64,000 nucleotides of DNA, from the NCBI GenBank assembly GCA_029856155.1, contig JAHQWL010000052.1, forward strand, positions 1 to 64,000. The letters run 5' to 3'. Numbering within the stretch: position 1 is the stretch's first letter; each line of letters starts with the position of its first letter. A program made the position numbers and the translations under genes. The DNA comes from Promethearchaeia archaeon. Lineage in GTDB: Archaea > Asgardarchaeota > Lokiarchaeia > Sigyniarchaeales > SOKP01. Of this stretch, positions 60,107-64,000 are shown piece after piece. The notes beneath the pieces were generated by a model. It did not search any database. It was not told the origin of the DNA and saw only the letters and a program-made list of their open reading frames with translations.

Positions 60107-60835
60107 CTAAATCTCAAAAGAGAGCCATTCGATAATATTCGACAGAAATTTAAGATTATCTCCCGCATCTAATCCAAAATCATCTTCTAAAAGCCAATCT
60201 GATGAACCAATGGTAACACACCTCCCATTATAGAATTCCGAGACAACACATATGGGTACAGGTCCAAGCGCACCAATATCATCATCAGCATAATATTTAA
60301 ATTCGGCTTTTTCAGATGTTATAATTAAATCTTCAACCTCCTCTTCTGTAAGGGTAAAAAAGGTGCAATTGGGTAAAACTAATTCAGTAATCCCTTCAGT
60401 AATAGGATGATTAAATAAATCTGTGATTAAAACATTCTTTTTTTTAATAAGATAATTTGAGGGTGCTTCTTGAATAACTCCATTCCAAAATCTTCGAACC
60501 CCCGTCATTTTATATAAGACTCTAATAGACCCTTGTTTCATTGGAATATCTTGATCCCCCCCCTCTCCACTAGTTAATAGGAGTCCTCCACCTTCCCCGA
60601 TATATTTTTTAATTGCTTTTAATTCGTCTTGTGTAAATTTATCTTTTTTCCCATCTTTCGTGTGTTGAATATTTCCTATGAATAGTATATCAAAATCTTC
60701 AAGCATATCAAATTCAATTGGTCCTTCAGTTTTATCAATATAACTAATTTCAAAATCATCTTCACCAAGAGCGAACTCTGGAAACTCTTCTAATTTTTCT
60801 TTATGAGACAAGTCTACGATAATTTCATAAGGTAT
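60107..60835 (-). CDS. GIFT/IFT52-N-like (DUF4350, class I GATase-like fold) protein; probable ATA start
   Basis: EIIVDLSHKE, KFTQDELKAIKKYIGEGGGLLL, HPITEGI, GRCVTIGS, NLKFLSNIIEWL. Confidence 0.75.
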   Translation of the reverse strand: MPYEIIVDLSHKEKLEEFPEFALGEDDFEISYIDKTEGPIEFDMLEDFDILFIGNIQHTKDGKKDKFTQDELKAIKKYIGEGGGLLLTSGEGGDQDIPMKQGSIRVLYKMTGVRRFWNGVIQEAPSNYLIKKKNVLITDLFNHPITEGITELVLPNCTFFTLTEEEVEDLIITSEKAEFKYYADDDIGALGPVPICVVSEFYNGRCVTIGSSDWLLEDDFGLDAGDNLKFLSNIIEWLSFEI

Positions 60836-61072
60836 TTTAATACACCACTATTTTTTTGTTTTCTATTGACTAGTACCAGTTTTATTTAATAATTCCAAGT
60901 TCTATTAAGAGACAATCCTTCTAGCTTAAGAATATATAATATATTTTTATAAAGTTATGCTATCACTATTATTAAATATTTTCTTTTAAATTTTTTTAAA
61001 TCAAAATTATAATAAGTAAAACTTAAATAATAAGAGAAAAAATTAGATAGTTCCAACTTTTTAAATGTAGTT

Positions 61073-61765
61073 TCATATAGGTATAAATTCTCGCTCGGCA
61101 GGTTCAGAAGCTTTAATAACGGCAATGTCTATACCATTACCAGATGCCATATCTCGAATAATTGAAGCTGTAATCGCTTTTTTTATAATTTTCTTACCCT
61201 CTTCAACAGTTAAATTATCTTTATACCTGGCTTCTAACACACCATAAGAGAAATTTTGGCCACTACCTATTGCACAGTATTTTTCTGGTAAGATGGATCC
61301 ATACGCACCTATATCTAAAATAGTTGGTCCTTCCTCTTCTGTAACTCCACCTAATATTAGACCTACTTCATAGGGAAACATTTTATTTTGGTATAAAATA
61401 TTTGATAACATTTTTCCAGCAGATTTTATTAACATAGGTTTGCCATCATGTCCTAATTGATAAATTGTAGTTTCAGCTCTTAAAATATCTACTAAGTACT
61501 GGCAGTCTGCCACAGCCCCAGCAGTGCAAAGCCAAGTGTGCTCCTGTATCCTATAGAGTTTTTCAGCAGTTTTACTAGCAATAAAGTACCCCATCGTCGC
61601 TCTTTTATCTGTTCCCATTATAACAGCATCTTTAACTGTTATACCTACGGTGGTTGTGCCAGTCTTAAAGTTTTGAGCTTTCTTTATTTCAGAATTTAGT
61701 ACATTGACTCCTGCACTTCGTAAGAGTTCTGATTTGGTCGGTTTCAATATTTCTTCTTTTCTCAT
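61073..61765 (-). CDS. psmB: Proteasome beta subunit
   Basis: Propeptide, KTG|TTTVG, DKRAT, AGAVAD, GSG, RDMASG. Confidence 0.96.
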   Translation of the reverse strand: MRKEEILKPTKSELLRSAGVNVLNSEIKKAQNFKTGTTTVGITVKDAVIMGTDKRATMGYFIASKTAEKLYRIQEHTWLCTAGAVADCQYLVDILRAETTIYQLGHDGKPMLIKSAGKMLSNILYQNKMFPYEVGLILGGVTEEEGPTILDIGAYGSILPEKYCAIGSGQNFSYGVLEARYKDNLTVEEGKKIIKKAITASIIRDMASGNGIDIAVIKASEPAEREFIPI

Positions 61766-61896
61766 AATTTCATTAAAGAACTCTCGTTTTTATAATTTTT
61801 TTTAATTTTTTATTAATTTTTAATCATTTTAGCATTAAGTTTTTTATTATCAAATCAATTAATTAGTATACAAAATCTATATTTTAAAGATTTAAG

Positions 61897-63075
61897 ATGT
61901 ATGATGTAATAATTTCTGGAGCAGGGCCAGCTGGTTCAAAATGTGCTGAAGTTTTAGCAAAAAGTGGATTTAAAGTCGCTTTAATTGAAAAAGATACCAC
62001 TTGGCGTAAGCCATGCGGAGGAGGAGTAAGTTCAAGAGTTTTTAAGTATTACCCTCAATTACGAAAATTAGATTTGATGCCTATTACCGGAATAACAATT
62101 TATTCTGGAGATTATCATAAGTTAGAGTATTCCTGGAAGGATATAACAGAGCCTTCATTGACTGTAGATAGATTAGAATTCGATAATTTCATAAGAAATA
62201 TAGCTATAGACGCTGGGGCTGAACTCTTTGATAAAAATCTCTCTATTGATTTTGTATATAAAAACCATCATAAAATTGGAGTAAAAACTAAAAGTCCGAA
62301 TGGAACTAAAGAATATTTAGGAAAAATTACAGTTATTGCTGATGGGATGAGTTCAAAATTAGCACCTTTGACTGGATTGAGAAACAAGTGGAAAATTGAT
62401 GAAATAGGTTTATGTAAGTGCGCAATAATGGAAGGAAAAAATTTACTTGATAAATCAGCAATTTCATTATTTTTTAGAAGATATAAAGGATATGGTTGGA
62501 TATTTCCGTTAGATGAAAGACGTTTTAATATTGGGTGTGGTACTTGGCTAGAAGCAAATATTAGTTATAATCTAAATCAACTTTATCAAGAATTTATTAA
62601 TGATCCCAATTTAAAAAAATTCTTTCCAGATAAAAAGTATAAAAAGATTTGGGCAGGAGCTTATCCAATACCCGCTTTAGGAGTCAAGGAAAAAAGTTTA
62701 TTCAATGATAATATCATGATCATCGGGGATGCTGCTGGTTTTGTATCTCCTATTAGTGGTGAAGGATTACATGCTTGTATAGTCTCTGGACAGGCTGCTG
62801 GGGATACAGCAATCAATGCATTAGAAAAGAATGATATTTCTAATCAAACTCTACGAGGTTATAAATCCAATCCAAATATTAAGAAAATAATTAGAAATTA
62901 TAAAATGAAAGTCTCTATAGTTGATTTCTTTTATGAAAACAATGGAGTAAATCTGAATAATATGTTTCGTCTGGCTGAAACAGACGATCAAATCAGAGAT
63001 GTTGTAGTTAACATGTTCCTATTTAATCAAGCCCCCACAAGAGATTTTTTATCCAAATTGAAATCAATGAAATAA
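61897..63075 (+). CDS. Geranylgeranyl reductase family FAD oxidoreductase
   Basis: GAGPAG, KPCGGG, ADG, GYGWIFP, GDAAG..SPISGEG. Confidence 0.9.
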   Translation: MYDVIISGAGPAGSKCAEVLAKSGFKVALIEKDTTWRKPCGGGVSSRVFKYYPQLRKLDLMPITGITIYSGDYHKLEYSWKDITEPSLTVDRLEFDNFIRNIAIDAGAELFDKNLSIDFVYKNHHKIGVKTKSPNGTKEYLGKITVIADGMSSKLAPLTGLRNKWKIDEIGLCKCAIMEGKNLLDKSAISLFFRRYKGYGWIFPLDERRFNIGCGTWLEANISYNLNQLYQEFINDPNLKKFFPDKKYKKIWAGAYPIPALGVKEKSLFNDNIMIIGDAAGFVSPISGEGLHACIVSGQAAGDTAINALEKNDISNQTLRGYKSNPNIKKIIRNYKMKVSIVDFFYENNGVNLNNMFRLAETDDQIRDVVVNMFLFNQAPTRDFLSKLKSMK

Positions 63076-63115
63076 AAACAATAATTTTAAAATTACTTTT
63101 AATAATATTTTTTAA

Positions 63116-64000
63116 ATGGTTGAATTAATAGGGTATATTTTCACCCTTGATGCGATAATTACATGGGCTTTAGCTTCACTCGTCTATAAAAAAGGTTTGG
63201 AAAAAACGCAGCCAAAGGCTAATTTATTTTTTAGATTATGTTGTACTACCCTTGGAACCTTTATATTCTCTTTGATATTTGGCAATTATATTATTCTAAG
63301 AAATCTAAATAATACAGAATTAATTTCTTATTTAATTGCATGTTTGATTTCAGGAATTAGTGTGACAATTGGAGATTTAATGTATTACATGTCATTAAAA
63401 AAAATAGATGCTTCACGTACTTATCCACTCGTGCAAATCTCACTAATATTTGTAATATTCTTTTCTTTTTCCCTTTTTGGTGAAGAAATCACATTTTCAA
63501 TTATACTGGGTGGTGCTTTAATACTCTCAAGTGTTTTTATTCTAAGTACAAAAGATAAGTCTGAAAAAACGGATTTAAAGAAGAGTATGAGAGAAAGAAT
63601 TTCGGAAGATTTAATTATAGGCGTTTTGTTAGCAATTGGTACCGCATTTTTCTGGGCGCTTGCTTATGTGTCATTTAACCAAGCTAGAATTTTAACGGGA
63701 GATGTTTTCATTTCTAATTTTTTGAGAGTAGGTTTTGGAATGATCATGATAGCGATATTAGGTCTATTTCAACGCGAATACTATGCTGGATTTAAAAAAG
63801 AAAACAGGAATAATTTGAAATATTTTATATACATCGGAATAGCTGGGATACTATCTTTAGGTTTCGCAGATGCAATATATATTAAAGCAGCAGAGATTAA
63901 TGGATTAATATTAACATCCACATTTACAGTAAATACACCTATGGTCCAACAAATTTTTTCAATTTTAATTTTGAAAGAAAAGTTTCGTAAAAGGTTTATA
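63116..64000 (+). CDS. DMT/EamA family transporter (3' partial, not in the ORF track)
   Basis: MVELIGYIFTL...GDLMYYMSLKKIDASRTYPL...FGEEI; runs off the window. Confidence 0.85.
   Translation, partial: MVELIGYIFTLDAIITWALASLVYKKGLEKTQPKANLFFRLCCTTLGTFIFSLIFGNYIILRNLNNTELISYLIACLISGISVTIGDLMYYMSLKKIDASRTYPLVQISLIFVIFFSFSLFGEEITFSIILGGALILSSVFILSTKDKSEKTDLKKSMRERISEDLIIGVLLAIGTAFFWALAYVSFNQARILTGDVFISNFLRVGFGMIMIAILGLFQREYYAGFKKENRNNLKYFIYIGIAGILSLGFADAIYIKAAEINGLILTSTFTVNTPMVQQIFSILILKEKFRKRFI

Noticed and set aside
1-64000. CRISPR arrays, rRNA, IS elements
   Set aside because: No regularly spaced repeats, rRNA-like GC-rich tracts or transposase motifs observed

Overview
AT-rich archaeal chromosomal segment, almost certainly an Asgard archaeon of the Lokiarchaeia. 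Support: roadblock and longin-like proteins, IPGY/VPGF (Loki-CTERM-type) anchored surface proteins, an EF-2 paralog lacking the diphthamide motif, aCPSF1, a proteasome beta subunit and an A1-U72 tRNA-Gln. About 55 CDSs, 2 tRNAs and one pseudogene; no CRISPR array, rRNA or transposase was seen. Highlights: (1) a locus at 49.3-57.7 kb with myo-inositol-1-phosphate synthase surrounded by four ATP-grasp proteins, three carrying the ITPK1-type D-x-N signature, plus a GH-D-clan-like glycosidase and a HAD phosphatase with a poly-Lys tail, i.e. a candidate complete inositol-polyphosphate module; (2) an unannotated box C/D guide RNA with non-consensus boxes whose +5 position falls on wobble C34 of tRNA-Leu(CAA); (3) a second, unclassified ~140-nt structured element near tRNA-Gln; (4) tRNA-Gly(CCC) with a 13-nt BHB intron in the D-arm; (5) two genes that apparently start at AUU/AUA; (6) eukaryote-like proteins (IFT52 GIFT-like, a Zn-finger/winged-helix/PCI/adaptin-ear mosaic, a Par14-like parvulin). 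All family calls come from motif recognition by eye, with no database searches.
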